Part shown: piece by piece, positions 18,151 through 28,281 of the stretch
How positions within the stretch are numbered: the stretch's first letter is position 1
How the letters are laid out: every line of letters begins with the position of its first letter
Assembly (NCBI GenBank): GCA_036008545.1
Contig: DASYNM010000253.1
Span: 1-50,697, forward strand
Length of the DNA: 50,697 nt
Direction of reading: 5' to 3'
DNA from: Verrucomicrobiia bacterium
Lineage (GTDB): Bacteria; Verrucomicrobiota; Verrucomicrobiia; Limisphaerales; Palsa-1400
Notes under the pieces: generated by a model
Told to the model about the DNA's origin: nothing
Seen by the model: the letters and a program-made list of their open reading frames with translations, nothing else
The model's database searches: none
Program-made: the position numbers and the translations under genes

Positions 18151-18330
18151 CTCTTTCTCCCTCACCCCCAGAACAGAACAACAGATGGGACGCACCGCCT
18201 ACGGTGCTGCCCCCTCCCCAAGGAGAGGGAGAGACTATTGCTGTTCTAGGAAGGAACCAGTACCCGATGACTTTTCCCAGCGCGGCGGAAATTTGTTCCC
18301 TCTCCAGGGGGAGAGGGTTAGGGTGGGGGC
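18151..18330. repeat. Cluster of C/G-rich palindromic repeats (core CCCTCYCC-N4-GGAGAGGG).
   Basis: There is a perfect hairpin ccctctcc-aggg-ggagaggg at 18298-18317, followed by gttagggtggggg. There is an imperfect copy cccctcccc-aa-ggagagggagag at 18211-18233 and a related ctccctcaccccc at 18157-18169. All lie in a 365-nt non-coding gap upstream of gap. Confidence 0.45.
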
Positions 18331-18483
18331 GAGCTTCTCTACCAACTGTCTCGTTTCGATTATTTGAGGGAACGATTACTATATCGAAAGGGATCAACGC
18401 TCCCCTTTTGATTTTCGTTGACGCTCGCCGCGGCCTCGCCCACATTTTGCGTCAACTTCGGTAATCACTACCGGGTATTTTAG

Positions 18484-19548
<1,065 letters not shown>

Positions 19549-19586
19549 TTCGCGATCGCCACCGCACTGTCCCCTAACCGCCGACC

Positions 19587-19680
19587 GTAGCCGCCGACGT
19601 GAGTCGGCGGATTCCTAGGGTGACGGTGCGTCCAAGTCAACGGTTCCGCCCAAGCTCCGCCGACTTACGTCGGCGGCTAC
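19587..19680. repeat. Inverted pair of a 24-nt self-palindromic REP-like element.
   Basis: The sequence gtagccgccgacgtgagtcggcgg (19587-19610) and ccgccgacttacgtcggcggctac (19657-19680) are reverse complements with one mismatch. Each copy is itself an 8-bp hairpin (ccgccgac/gtcggcgg). Confidence 0.75.
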
Positions 19681-19690
19681 ATGGGAAAGC

Positions 19691-19728
19691 AAAAAGGCCG
19701 CGAGTATCATGCTCGCGGCCTTGTTGTT
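19691..19728. terminator. Bidirectional rho-independent terminator between gap (+) and the LamG protein gene (-).
   Basis: The sequence is aaaaa-ggccgcgag-tatcatg-ctcgcggcc-ttgttgtt. It forms a 9-bp GC stem (19696-19704 / 19712-19720), with an A-run on one side and a T-rich tract on the other. Confidence 0.75.
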
Positions 19729-19740
19729 AGGAGAATTGTC

Positions 19741-21810
19741 TTACATCAAATACGGATTGCTGTTCACCGTGCTTGGGGTGTGCGGCCAGCGGTAGCGGAA
19801 ATACTGCTGGCTGGCTACTGGAACAATCGTATATGGCGAACTGGCCCCTGTCACATCCGTCCACGGACCGTCCACGCTGGGGGCCGTTTGCAGAACGGCG
19901 GTGGTTTCCAACCACGACAGGACAACGCCCTCCTCTGGAGCAGCCGTGAAGTTAAATTGGAACTGCAGGTCGGCCGTATCCGCCAGGGCGCCGGAACTGT
20001 AGATCGACGAGATTTCACTGGCGCTCAGTACGGAACTGTAATAGCGAACATCGTCCAGCAAGCCATTATAATTTCTATAGTAACCTCCCGAATCATAGCC
20101 GATTTCCAGCGCCTGTCCCGTTGGCCATGTGTAAGCTAAGTTATTGCCGTTGGTTCCATTCTCCGCCAAAGTGCCGTCGATGAATACGGCAGCGCCGCCG
20201 CTGGCCGTTTGGTCGAACGTCAGCGCCACAAAATGCCAATTGTTGTCCGAGACGTTATTGGTGGGGTTGATAAGGTTGTTATAGCCCGGAGCAATGAACT
20301 CCAGTCCGCTGCCGCTGGCTGCATCGAACTGCAACAGCACAAATTCCCCGGCGGCAGGTGTGGAGGTGGGGCGCTCAAATATAGCCGCGCCGGTGCCTCC
20401 GGTAACGACGTCGTTGGTGTCCGTCCCGGCCGACTTCATCCAGAAGCTGAAAGTCCCGGTAGGGCCATCAAAGGCTGTTTCGTCCGGGACCGTGATACCG
20501 TTCGTCTGAACTGCCACAAAAGACATCACGCCATCCCGGGTAACAGCGCCAGCAGTGCTGGAGGCCAGCCAGGTCGCCCCCGAGTTAACGCCGTTATGCT
20601 GGGAGTTGTCCGGATTGGAATCGTAGACGATGTTGCTGGCTGCAATCTGCGTGAGGCTGTCCACCGTCACGGTCGCAACATAGCTGGTGGCGACGCCGTA
20701 AAGATTAGTGACGACCAAAGTGTAATTTCCAGAATCGGCCAGAGTAATGTCGGCAAGCGTGTTGGTCAAAGTGGTGGCGCCGGGGATGTTCTTGCCGTTC
20801 AACTGCCACTGGTAGGCGAGCGGCGGCACGCCAATGGCATATGCACTCAGGACGATGGTGTCTCCCGGACCAGCGATAGGGATCGATTGCGGAGACATGG
20901 TTACCACAGGCTTGTCGGTTAGTATGAAACCGGAAATGGTGCCGCCATTGTTGTAACCAGTTCCGTCCGATGTTAGTCCGCCGTGTTGCGGTGGAAAGCT
21001 GTTGATGTGGATGTGATCAACATTAGAGAAGACGCCGGTGAAGGTGCTCATGCCTCCCCCGATGCCTCGCGGCCATGGTGTGTTGTTCTGGTTCGGCACG
21101 GGAGCATGGTCTGGCCAACTGACAACATTGGTTATCGAGTTATCCACGTCGATGACCATAGCATTCGTTTGCGTGAACATGGAGTCGGCGGATGCGATCA
21201 TCTCAACCACAAACGGTGTGTTTGTGAACAGAGTCTTAAGCCCGGTTACATCCACGTAATAATACGCCATTAAGGGATTGTCCGCGGAACCGTAAGGAGC
21301 AGGCTGCCCCGACGTATTAGGACCGAAATTGACGCCATCCCGAATGAACGTGGCATAAACCTGCTGCTCGCCGGTCTTTGGATTGGTGAGTGGACCCCCT
21401 CCCTGGTAATACGGCGGAGAGCCAGCGTACCCGTAGAATGGATCGAAATTGGCACAGTTGCCGAACCAACTCACATCGATTGAACCATAAGGCAATGGAT
21501 TCAGTCCGTTGGTCGATGTGGTGCTGTCAATGACCTCGTCGAAATTGTACCCCGGCACAGTAAAACCGCAACTATGGTAGCCAGTGGGCATTTCAGTGAG
21601 GTTTTCCCACGCATTCGATTCGATCCCGAAAGCAGTCATCGTGACTGGGTAGCCGGTATAAGTGAGGCTGCCCGAACAGTAATAGTCACATTGGAAATGA
21701 AGGCCAATCGTCGCTGCCGAGCTAACCCCCAGCATGAGGGCGGCCGCTGACACCGTGCAGGCAATTTTCTTGTTGCGGGAAGTGAGCATCGAACCAAGCA
21801 GTCTTTTCAT
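19741..21810 (-). CDS. Large secreted surface protein with an N-terminal unassigned domain, an Ig (I-set-like) domain, a LamG/concanavalin-A-like domain and a C-terminal 'FRYR' module.
   Basis: It has a signal peptide 'IACTVSAAALMLGVSSA'. The Ig-like segment is 'YQWQLNGKNIPGA...LADSGNYTLVVTNLYGVATSYVATVTV'. The LamG-like segment is 'FSFWMKS...NNWHFVALTFD...AAVFIDGTL...LEIGY...GLLDDVRYYSSVLSASEI'. Confidence 0.8.
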   Translation of the reverse strand: MKRLLGSMLTSRNKKIACTVSAAALMLGVSSAATIGLHFQCDYYCSGSLTYTGYPVTMTAFGIESNAWENLTEMPTGYHSCGFTVPGYNFDEVIDSTTSTNGLNPLPYGSIDVSWFGNCANFDPFYGYAGSPPYYQGGGPLTNPKTGEQQVYATFIRDGVNFGPNTSGQPAPYGSADNPLMAYYYVDVTGLKTLFTNTPFVVEMIASADSMFTQTNAMVIDVDNSITNVVSWPDHAPVPNQNNTPWPRGIGGGMSTFTGVFSNVDHIHINSFPPQHGGLTSDGTGYNNGGTISGFILTDKPVVTMSPQSIPIAGPGDTIVLSAYAIGVPPLAYQWQLNGKNIPGATTLTNTLADITLADSGNYTLVVTNLYGVATSYVATVTVDSLTQIAASNIVYDSNPDNSQHNGVNSGATWLASSTAGAVTRDGVMSFVAVQTNGITVPDETAFDGPTGTFSFWMKSAGTDTNDVVTGGTGAAIFERPTSTPAAGEFVLLQFDAASGSGLEFIAPGYNNLINPTNNVSDNNWHFVALTFDQTASGGAAVFIDGTLAENGTNGNNLAYTWPTGQALEIGYDSGGYYRNYNGLLDDVRYYSSVLSASEISSIYSSGALADTADLQFQFNFTAAPEEGVVLSWLETTAVLQTAPSVDGPWTDVTGASSPYTIVPVASQQYFRYRWPHTPSTVNSNPYLM

Positions 21811-21830
21811 ATAGTGTTTTTATTCATTTA

Positions 21831-21851
21831 GTTGCGCATTTCTTGCGCAAC
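21831..21851. promoter_or_regulatory. Perfect 8-bp inverted repeat (candidate operator) just upstream of the LamG-protein gene.
   Basis: The repeat gttgcgca-tttct-tgcgcaac lies 21-41 nt upstream of the ATG at 21810. On the minus strand it overlaps a possible TTGCGC(-35)...TGAATA(-10) pair. Confidence 0.3.
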
Positions 21852-22183
21852 GCTGATCCAGCCAAAGCTACGGTTGCAATTTGTAGTGTTTTCGTCCCTT
21901 TCGCCCCTAGTGGAGACGATTAAGCCATGCCGCTCACGGGATCGTCAAGCGGTTTTGTGATATTTATCACGTTTATCCTGTCCATTTTCTTTGGCGCTCT
22001 CGAGCTTGTCAACACCGAAGTTTTCAAGGTGCTGTTGAATTCGACAAAGGAAACGCCCTCCCCGGCGCGCCGAATGTCGGCCGCAGTCAAGGAGGCCACT
22101 CGAGATGTCGGTCAACAGTGACCGCAGATCCTCGGGATGCCGACGCCGATGGAGAAAATGCCCGACCCCGGATTCAAGGGTGA

Positions 22184-24202
22184 TCAAGGATAATATGGAT
22201 ATGGGACGATTTGAATTCCGTTTACAGCCCACTGTCCGACAGGACTGCTAGGGTCGAGAGTGACTGTAATCTCGAGCTTAGACCCACTCGAGATCGGAAC
22301 ATTAGGGAAGAGAACATACTGACTTCCCTCGTACCAAGTATTTATGTCATAAATCGCGCTCGAGGTCGTCAAAGTTGTAACTGGATCGCCATAAACGTTT
22401 GTACCTGAAGGACTAATGGTGAATTGTGCATTTACGCTGTATTCAGTGCCGCTGATTGTCGTAGTCCCGCCATAGCCATAAAGATAGATGTCATAGGCTC
22501 CTGACGATCCACTGGATTGCACTGAAGGTAAATTGGTGATAATTAGTGTGATTGCATTTGTGTTACAGCTAGAATAGCAGAAGTTGGTCAGTAATCGGAT
22601 GGTCGAACCGCTTGTTGTGCCGGATCCGTAATGCTCCCCCGTACTATCGATCGAGATACCTATACCTGTTTCGTATCCAAATACATTAGTCAAATTGTTG
22701 AGATTCGTGTATGGCTGGGAAATGCATTTACCCGTCTGTTCAAACAGGTTCCAGTAGTCATCCGAGGAGAATCCAAAGACGGCAGGTCCGCTCATCGGGG
22801 GATTTTCATAGTTTTCGAAGTTAATATCCACGAGTGGCCATGTTTTTTGGCACGGATCCAAGACCGAAGGTGCCACGTTTTTTGTCAGGTACCTGGCTAC
22901 ATTGGTCGTCGCCAATCCGCCTGCCACATTAAACGCTCCAAAAACATATAGTGCATTTGCATCGGCCGCCAGCCAATTAACGGTGCCAGGAGAATAAGAG
23001 CCGTTATAGTTCTGAACGCCATTATTGGTGAGGAGGTACCATTCCGAATTGGTCCACATCGCTATTCCGTTAGCAGCCGTGCCAGTGCAATTTCCGATAT
23101 ATTCAAAATCGCCGCCGACGAAAAGGCTGCCATTCTGCACCACCAAAGCCAAGCCGTTTTGATAGCCGCAGCCAGAATTGAGCAACGTTCCGCCGCCCAC
23201 CAATGTTCCGTTTGTGGAGAATATGCCCAACCCGTAGCCAGGCCCTGGTTGAGAACCCTCGCCCATTCCGCTTGCCCAACCGCCAGCAATAAATACATTT
23301 GTGCCTAGCACTGCAAGTGAGTAGATTTCGGAATTATAGCCTCCCGAGTCAACGTATGACCCCCATATATCGTCACCTGCACCCATGGCTTGCCACGCGT
23401 TAGACGCACCCTTCCATCTGATAATGTTAGTGGACGAAACAAACATCGTATAGTGTGCACCATCATACCCCCCAAGTAAATCTCCAGCCAAGTAAATGTC
23501 GGTGCCGCTAGCAACCATGGCATCGACAGGAAATCCCTCAGTATAACCTTGGTAAACCTCCATGCCACCGCCAACACACACCCACTGGCTATTTGAAAAC
23601 TCCATGAAGGTATCCGTCGAATTGAGAGGAGCAAAAGGTTCCGTTTTGCTAAATACAGGATACGTGGCAATATACACTTTCTGATTGCTGTCCACCGCAA
23701 TCGCTGTCACCGGATTAGTATCAAAGTCAGCAACAGCGTCGCCTAGGCCTGACCATGAGCCTGAGTTCAGATTATAAACGGCGATATTGGTCGCATTTAC
23801 GGTTGGTCCATCAGGCCACTGGGTTACCGCGATAAATTCGCCGCCAACATATAAATCGCCATTCCCACCAAGGCAAATAGCTAGGGGACCCGGCGAACTG
23901 CCCTTTATTTCATATGCAATCGGAGGGAGCGTAAAAGTGGCTATGGCGCTCCAACCGCTGCAGAGCGTCCAGCTTGCGAGGTACAAATAATCCTGGTCAT
24001 TACCCAGAGCGAAAACTGTGCCATTCGTGGCGACAGCGCCGCCAGGAGGGTAGAGATTGAGCTGAAACCCGTCGTCACCAGAGTTAGGCAAGGGATTCGG
24101 AATTCCAAGGTTATCTATGTTCCAGTAAGGTACTGTCGCCATTAAGTTCACGGTCATGCCGAACAGAATGATCGTCGAGGTGATTTTTGTTTTGATATTC
24201 AT
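22184..24202 (-). CDS. Large secreted beta-propeller-like protein with a C-terminal jelly-roll-like region and lower GC.
   Basis: The ATG at 24202 gives 'MNIKTKITSTIILFGMTVNLMA'. Blade-like motifs recur ('LYVGGEF', 'IYLAGDL', 'VFIAGGW', 'LFVGGDFEYIG', 'LYVFGAFNVAGG'), as in DUF5122/Kelch-like propellers. The composition is N/S/T/G/Y-rich with A/T-ending codons. Confidence 0.72.
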   Translation of the reverse strand: MNIKTKITSTIILFGMTVNLMATVPYWNIDNLGIPNPLPNSGDDGFQLNLYPPGGAVATNGTVFALGNDQDYLYLASWTLCSGWSAIATFTLPPIAYEIKGSSPGPLAICLGGNGDLYVGGEFIAVTQWPDGPTVNATNIAVYNLNSGSWSGLGDAVADFDTNPVTAIAVDSNQKVYIATYPVFSKTEPFAPLNSTDTFMEFSNSQWVCVGGGMEVYQGYTEGFPVDAMVASGTDIYLAGDLLGGYDGAHYTMFVSSTNIIRWKGASNAWQAMGAGDDIWGSYVDSGGYNSEIYSLAVLGTNVFIAGGWASGMGEGSQPGPGYGLGIFSTNGTLVGGGTLLNSGCGYQNGLALVVQNGSLFVGGDFEYIGNCTGTAANGIAMWTNSEWYLLTNNGVQNYNGSYSPGTVNWLAADANALYVFGAFNVAGGLATTNVARYLTKNVAPSVLDPCQKTWPLVDINFENYENPPMSGPAVFGFSSDDYWNLFEQTGKCISQPYTNLNNLTNVFGYETGIGISIDSTGEHYGSGTTSGSTIRLLTNFCYSSCNTNAITLIITNLPSVQSSGSSGAYDIYLYGYGGTTTISGTEYSVNAQFTISPSGTNVYGDPVTTLTTSSAIYDINTWYEGSQYVLFPNVPISSGSKLEITVTLDPSSPVGQWAVNGIQIVPYPYYP

Positions 24203-24579
24203 ACAATGTATGTTCCTTTCCAAGAATCGCCGGACAGCGGGGGGTACTAACCGCACGAAACTTTATATTTCTTCCAAAAAAGGCGGCTCCGCATCTAGGG
24301 GGCAACTGCGGGGCTATATAGCGCTAAAGACTACTAACATAACAAGAAAAGTCAACGGAAATAGTGGCTTCACATAAGCGATTTAAGCAATACTAATGGT
24401 AATCATGCATTCTTATGATTTTTTGCCGGTGATTAAAGACCGATGTCGAGGAAGTGTCCTTCAAAGCCGCTCGTGACTTTGTTGTCGACAGACATTCCAC
24501 AACGAACAGCACGTTGCGGCATCCAATGGTTTGTTGTCTTTTTTGAATCTTAGCCTTGTCGGGTTCCTTGGCGTGTCGC

Positions 24580-26100
24580 ATGTTGCGCCGCACAATGCCG
24601 GCCCATTCTCAGAAAGATGTCAACCGAGCCAGGGAGTTTCTCCTTGCGGGGCAGTTCGCCCGCGCCCTGCCGCTCTATGAGAAGCTGGTCCGCCAAAGTT
24701 CGGGCGCGCCTTTGCTTTGGTACGAATACGGCAACGCCTCTTTCCAATGCCGCCAGATGGACCTGGCCGATCGCGCCTGGAGCAGAGCCGCCGAGCTTGC
24801 CCCGAAAAACGCCGAATTGATCGCCATGGTGGGCCATCAATTCGAGGCGATGCGCCGCCCGGACAAAGCGCGCGCTTGCTTCCTCCAGGCCGCCGCCGCC
24901 GATCCGCGCGGCATCAATTCCCGCATCAGTCTGGCGGTACTCGCGGAAAAAAACCATCGCCTCGAGGAGGCCCGCGCTGCCGTCCAGGAATGCCTGGCCA
25001 TCGATCCGCGAGACGATCAAGCCCGCTACTTCAATGCCGTGCTTGACCGCCGCGAGAACAAATTGGAGGTGGCCGAAGGCCGTTTGCGCGACCTGATCGC
25101 TTCCGATCCCCGCCATCCCTTTGTGCGGTATGCGGCGCGCTACGAATTGGCCCAGGTGCTGGATCGCACGGATCGATTCGATGAGGCCATGATCTTCTTG
25201 CGGGAGGCCAAGGAAATGGTTCTCGCCCTGGCGGACTCGAAGTTGTTGATGCAGGGTTATGACCAGATCGCGGAAAGCAGCCGGCGTTTCACCGCCGCCC
25301 AGCCGAAAAATATACTCGACAACTGGGCGAAATACCTTCCTCTGGCCAAAAGGGAACCCATCCCACCCCTGGCTTTTCTGGGCGGGCATCCACGGAGCGG
25401 GACGACCCTGCTGGAAAAAATTCTCGACTCCCATCCAGACGTGGCAGCGTTGGACGAGCCGGTGGCGTTCCTGGAAGTGTTGCAGCCGGAATTCCACAAA
25501 TCCAGCGACCTTTCCAGCGCGCGGGTCAATGTCTTGCGCCGCCTGTATATTCAGGCTTTGCGGGACGACTTGGGCGCTGACGCGGCGGGCAAGATGTTGA
25601 TTGACAAGAATCCCTCGCCTACCGCCCGGCTGCCGGTGTGGTTGCGCGTTTTCCCGGAATTGCGCGTGCTTATTGCTTTGCGCGACCCGCGCGACGTGGT
25701 GCTCAGTTGTTATTTCCAAAATATTCCGCTCAATTCGACCAACGTGAATTTTCTCACCTTCGATCGTTTGGCCAAACATTATGCCGACCTGATGGGCATC
25801 TGGCTGGCCGTGCGGGAATGGCCGGGCTTCGCCTGGATTGAGACGCGCTACGAGGACGTCGTCGCTGACCTGCCTAAGGAGGGCCGCCGTGTGACGGAGT
25901 TTCTCGGCCTGCAATGGCATCCGGACCAGGAACGCTATTACGAAAAGAGCGGCGCTAAGCAGCTTTACTCCCCGACCTATCAGGATGTCACCCGACCGGT
26001 CTATCAACGTTCGGTGGCGCGATGGCGCGCTTACGAAAAACATCTCGCGCCCATTCTGCCCGCTTTGGAACCCTTTTGCCGGGCGTTCGGGTATGTGTGA
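24580..26100 (+). CDS. TPR-repeat sulfotransferase.
   Basis: The N-terminal half carries TPR units. The PAPS-binding motifs are 'GGHPRSGTTLLEKIL' (5'-PSB) and 'IALRDPRDVVLS' (3'-PB). The track start at 24556 is a TTG. In-frame ATGs are at 24580 and 24595, so the start is uncertain. Confidence 0.85.
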   Translation: MLRRTMPAHSQKDVNRAREFLLAGQFARALPLYEKLVRQSSGAPLLWYEYGNASFQCRQMDLADRAWSRAAELAPKNAELIAMVGHQFEAMRRPDKARACFLQAAAADPRGINSRISLAVLAEKNHRLEEARAAVQECLAIDPRDDQARYFNAVLDRRENKLEVAEGRLRDLIASDPRHPFVRYAARYELAQVLDRTDRFDEAMIFLREAKEMVLALADSKLLMQGYDQIAESSRRFTAAQPKNILDNWAKYLPLAKREPIPPLAFLGGHPRSGTTLLEKILDSHPDVAALDEPVAFLEVLQPEFHKSSDLSSARVNVLRRLYIQALRDDLGADAAGKMLIDKNPSPTARLPVWLRVFPELRVLIALRDPRDVVLSCYFQNIPLNSTNVNFLTFDRLAKHYADLMGIWLAVREWPGFAWIETRYEDVVADLPKEGRRVTEFLGLQWHPDQERYYEKSGAKQLYSPTYQDVTRPVYQRSVARWRAYEKHLAPILPALEPFCRAFGYV

Positions 26101-26154
26101 AAATCTGCTTTAAAAGGCCTCGAAGCATGAAGATACTGCGCAGGTATTTGAACT

Positions 26155-27315
26155 ATGAAATCAGTTAGAATCGGCATCGTCGGCATGGGAAACATCGGGA
26201 GCCATCACGCGGATTACCTTTTGGCTGGCAAAGTCAAACGGTGCGAACTCAAAGCCGTTTCCGATGCCGCCGTGGAAAAACTCGTCTCCTTTCAGCAACG
26301 CGGTTTGCGCGTCTTCGACGACGGCCGGGAAATGCTGCGCTCGGGCGAGGTCGATGCCGTCATCATCGCCACGCCGCATTACCAGCACACGACCCTTGGC
26401 ATCGCCGCACTCCAAGCCGGGCTGCACGTTATGGTCGAAAAACCGATTTCCGCCCACAAAGCCGATGCCGAACGGCTTCTAGCCGTCCGCAGGCAGCATC
26501 CCCGCCAGGTCTTTGCCGCCATGTTCCAGATGCGCACGGAATCGCGCTACGCCAAAATCAAGAAGCTCATCGCCGGCGGCGACCTCGGCCAGATCGTTCG
26601 CTTTTCCTGGATCATCACCGAGTGGTTCCGCACCGAGGCCTACTACGCCAGCGGCGGTTGGCGGGCGACTTGGAAAGGCGAGGGCGGCGGCGTTCTCATC
26701 AATCAATGCCTCCATCAACTCGACATGTTGCAATGGCTCTTGGGTATGCCAGCACGCGTCCGCTCCTTCGTTCAACTGGGTCGATTCCACCACATCGAGG
26801 TGGAGGACAACGTCACCGCTTACATGGAATTCCCCAACGCCGCCACCGGCGTATTTGTTTCCACCACCGGCGAGGCGCCCGGCACGAGCCGCCTGGAGAT
26901 CGTCGGCGAGATGGGCAAAGTGCTGCTGGAAAACGACAAGTTGCTTTTTGTGCGCAACGAAATCTCGATGTTTCAGCAATGCAAAACTTCGCGGCTCGGC
27001 TTCCAAAAGCCGGCCGTGTGGAATATTGAGATTCCCTTCGGCTCCGAGGCAGCCCAGCACGCCACGCTGACGCAAAATTTTGTGGACGCCATCATGGATG
27101 GCACGCCGCTGACCGCACCCGGCGAGGAAGGCGTCCACTCGATCGAACTCGCGAACGTCATACTCTACTCGGGTCTGATGAACCAGACCATTGAACTGCC
27201 TTTGGACGGCGTCGCATACGAGAAAAAGTTGAACGAGCTGATCGCCAATTCCAAATTCGAGAAAAAGGTGGCGCAAGTTTCGAGCGAGGATTTCACACAA
27301 TCTTTCATGCGCTAG
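26155..27315 (+). CDS. Gfo/Idh/MocA-family NAD(P)-dependent oxidoreductase.
   Basis: It has the Rossmann motif 'VRIGIVGMGNIGSHH' and the family motif 'HVMVEKPIS'. The protein is 386 aa. Confidence 0.9.
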   Translation: MKSVRIGIVGMGNIGSHHADYLLAGKVKRCELKAVSDAAVEKLVSFQQRGLRVFDDGREMLRSGEVDAVIIATPHYQHTTLGIAALQAGLHVMVEKPISAHKADAERLLAVRRQHPRQVFAAMFQMRTESRYAKIKKLIAGGDLGQIVRFSWIITEWFRTEAYYASGGWRATWKGEGGGVLINQCLHQLDMLQWLLGMPARVRSFVQLGRFHHIEVEDNVTAYMEFPNAATGVFVSTTGEAPGTSRLEIVGEMGKVLLENDKLLFVRNEISMFQQCKTSRLGFQKPAVWNIEIPFGSEAAQHATLTQNFVDAIMDGTPLTAPGEEGVHSIELANVILYSGLMNQTIELPLDGVAYEKKLNELIANSKFEKKVAQVSSEDFTQSFMR

Positions 27316-27318
27316 TCT

Positions 27319-28203
27319 ATGATCCTGACCGGCATCGCGGACGAAGCGGGCGTTGCGCTGGACACACAAATCAAAGCCACGCGCGAGCTTGGTTGGAAGT
27401 ATATCGAAATGCGCGCGGTTGAAGTGCCCGGCTTTCCCAAGGGCAATTTCCACGACATCCCGGATAAGGCATTCGACATCGCCGCCGGGAGATTGCAGGA
27501 GGCCGGCTTGAGCGTGTATTGTTTCGGCTCGGCCATCGCCAACTGGTCCAAAAAAATTTCCGACCCGTTCCAAATCACGCTCGATGAAGTCCACCGCTGC
27601 ATCCCTCGCATGAAACGCGTTGGCGCAAAATTTGTCCGCATCATGAGTCACAAGCCTGCGGATACAGACGACCAAACGCCGCCCGAAGTTTTCCGGCGCA
27701 TTGGCGAAGTGACGCGCATGTTCCGCGACGCCGGTCTTCAGCCCGTGCATGAGAATTGCATGAATTACGGCGGCATGAGTTGGCGGCACGGTCTGGAACT
27801 GCTCGAGAAATGTCCCGGCCTCAAATGGGTCTTCGACACCGGCAATCCCGTGTTCAACCCCGACCGGAGCAAGCCCAAGCCGTGGCCGCGCCAGGACGCT
27901 TGGGAATTCTGGGAGCACATCCGTGACCACGTCGCGCACATCCACATCAAGGACGCCACGTATGTGCCCGCCAAAAACGATTGCGACTACAAATATCCCG
28001 GCCAGGGCCAAGGCCGGGTGCGGGACATTCTCAAAGACGCCATCGCGCACGGTTACGACGCGGCGCTTTCCATCGAACCGCACGTCGCCGCCGTCTTCCA
28101 CGACGCCACCGTCAAGGCGAGCGATCAGGTGATGTTTGACAGCTACATCCGCTACGGCCGGGAGTTGGAAAAAATGATCGCGGACATCAAGATGGAATCA
28201 TAG
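27319..28203 (+). CDS. Sugar-phosphate isomerase/epimerase (xylose-isomerase-like TIM barrel).
   Basis: The 294-aa protein starts 3 nt after the oxidoreductase gene. The pattern 'GWKYIEMR...', 'FVRIMS', 'HENC', 'HIHIKD' and 'LSIEPH' is typical of AP-endonuclease-2/TIM-barrel proteins. Confidence 0.8.
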   Translation: MILTGIADEAGVALDTQIKATRELGWKYIEMRAVEVPGFPKGNFHDIPDKAFDIAAGRLQEAGLSVYCFGSAIANWSKKISDPFQITLDEVHRCIPRMKRVGAKFVRIMSHKPADTDDQTPPEVFRRIGEVTRMFRDAGLQPVHENCMNYGGMSWRHGLELLEKCPGLKWVFDTGNPVFNPDRSKPKPWPRQDAWEFWEHIRDHVAHIHIKDATYVPAKNDCDYKYPGQGQGRVRDILKDAIAHGYDAALSIEPHVAAVFHDATVKASDQVMFDSYIRYGRELEKMIADIKMES

Positions 28204-28281
28204 CCAGGCGGCGACGGTTTCGTGCCTGTTCTTCGTGCTTGCGCCGGAGGCTCATTTGCGGCCACACTTCCGCCCTTTGAA

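Noticed and set aside
18123-18464. A 113-aa ORF 'SPSPPEQNN...PPPQGEGE...SRGRGLGWG' and the antisense ORF at 17978-18445.
   Set aside because: These are read-throughs of the GC-rich palindromic repeats. They are low-complexity and have no start context.
21927-22232. Small ORFs in the 373-nt gap between the two large surface-protein genes: 64 aa on the plus strand with a hydrophobic N-terminus, and 95 aa on the minus strand.
   Set aside because: They are mutually overlapping, have no motif, and the minus one overlaps the 3' end of the propeller gene. They cannot be supported from sequence alone and may be remnants.
24550-26043. A 497-aa ORF on the minus strand covering the whole sulfotransferase gene.
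   Set aside because: It is antisense to a gene with clear TPR and PAPS-binding motifs. Its product is Arg/Gly/Ala/His-rich with no motif, which is the typical shadow ORF of high-GC DNA.
26479-28101. A 540-aa minus-strand ORF spanning the Gfo/Idh/MocA and TIM-barrel genes.
   Set aside because: It crosses a gene boundary on the opposite strand, has low-complexity Arg/Gly/Asp/His composition and shows no recognisable domain. The sense-strand genes have strong motifs.
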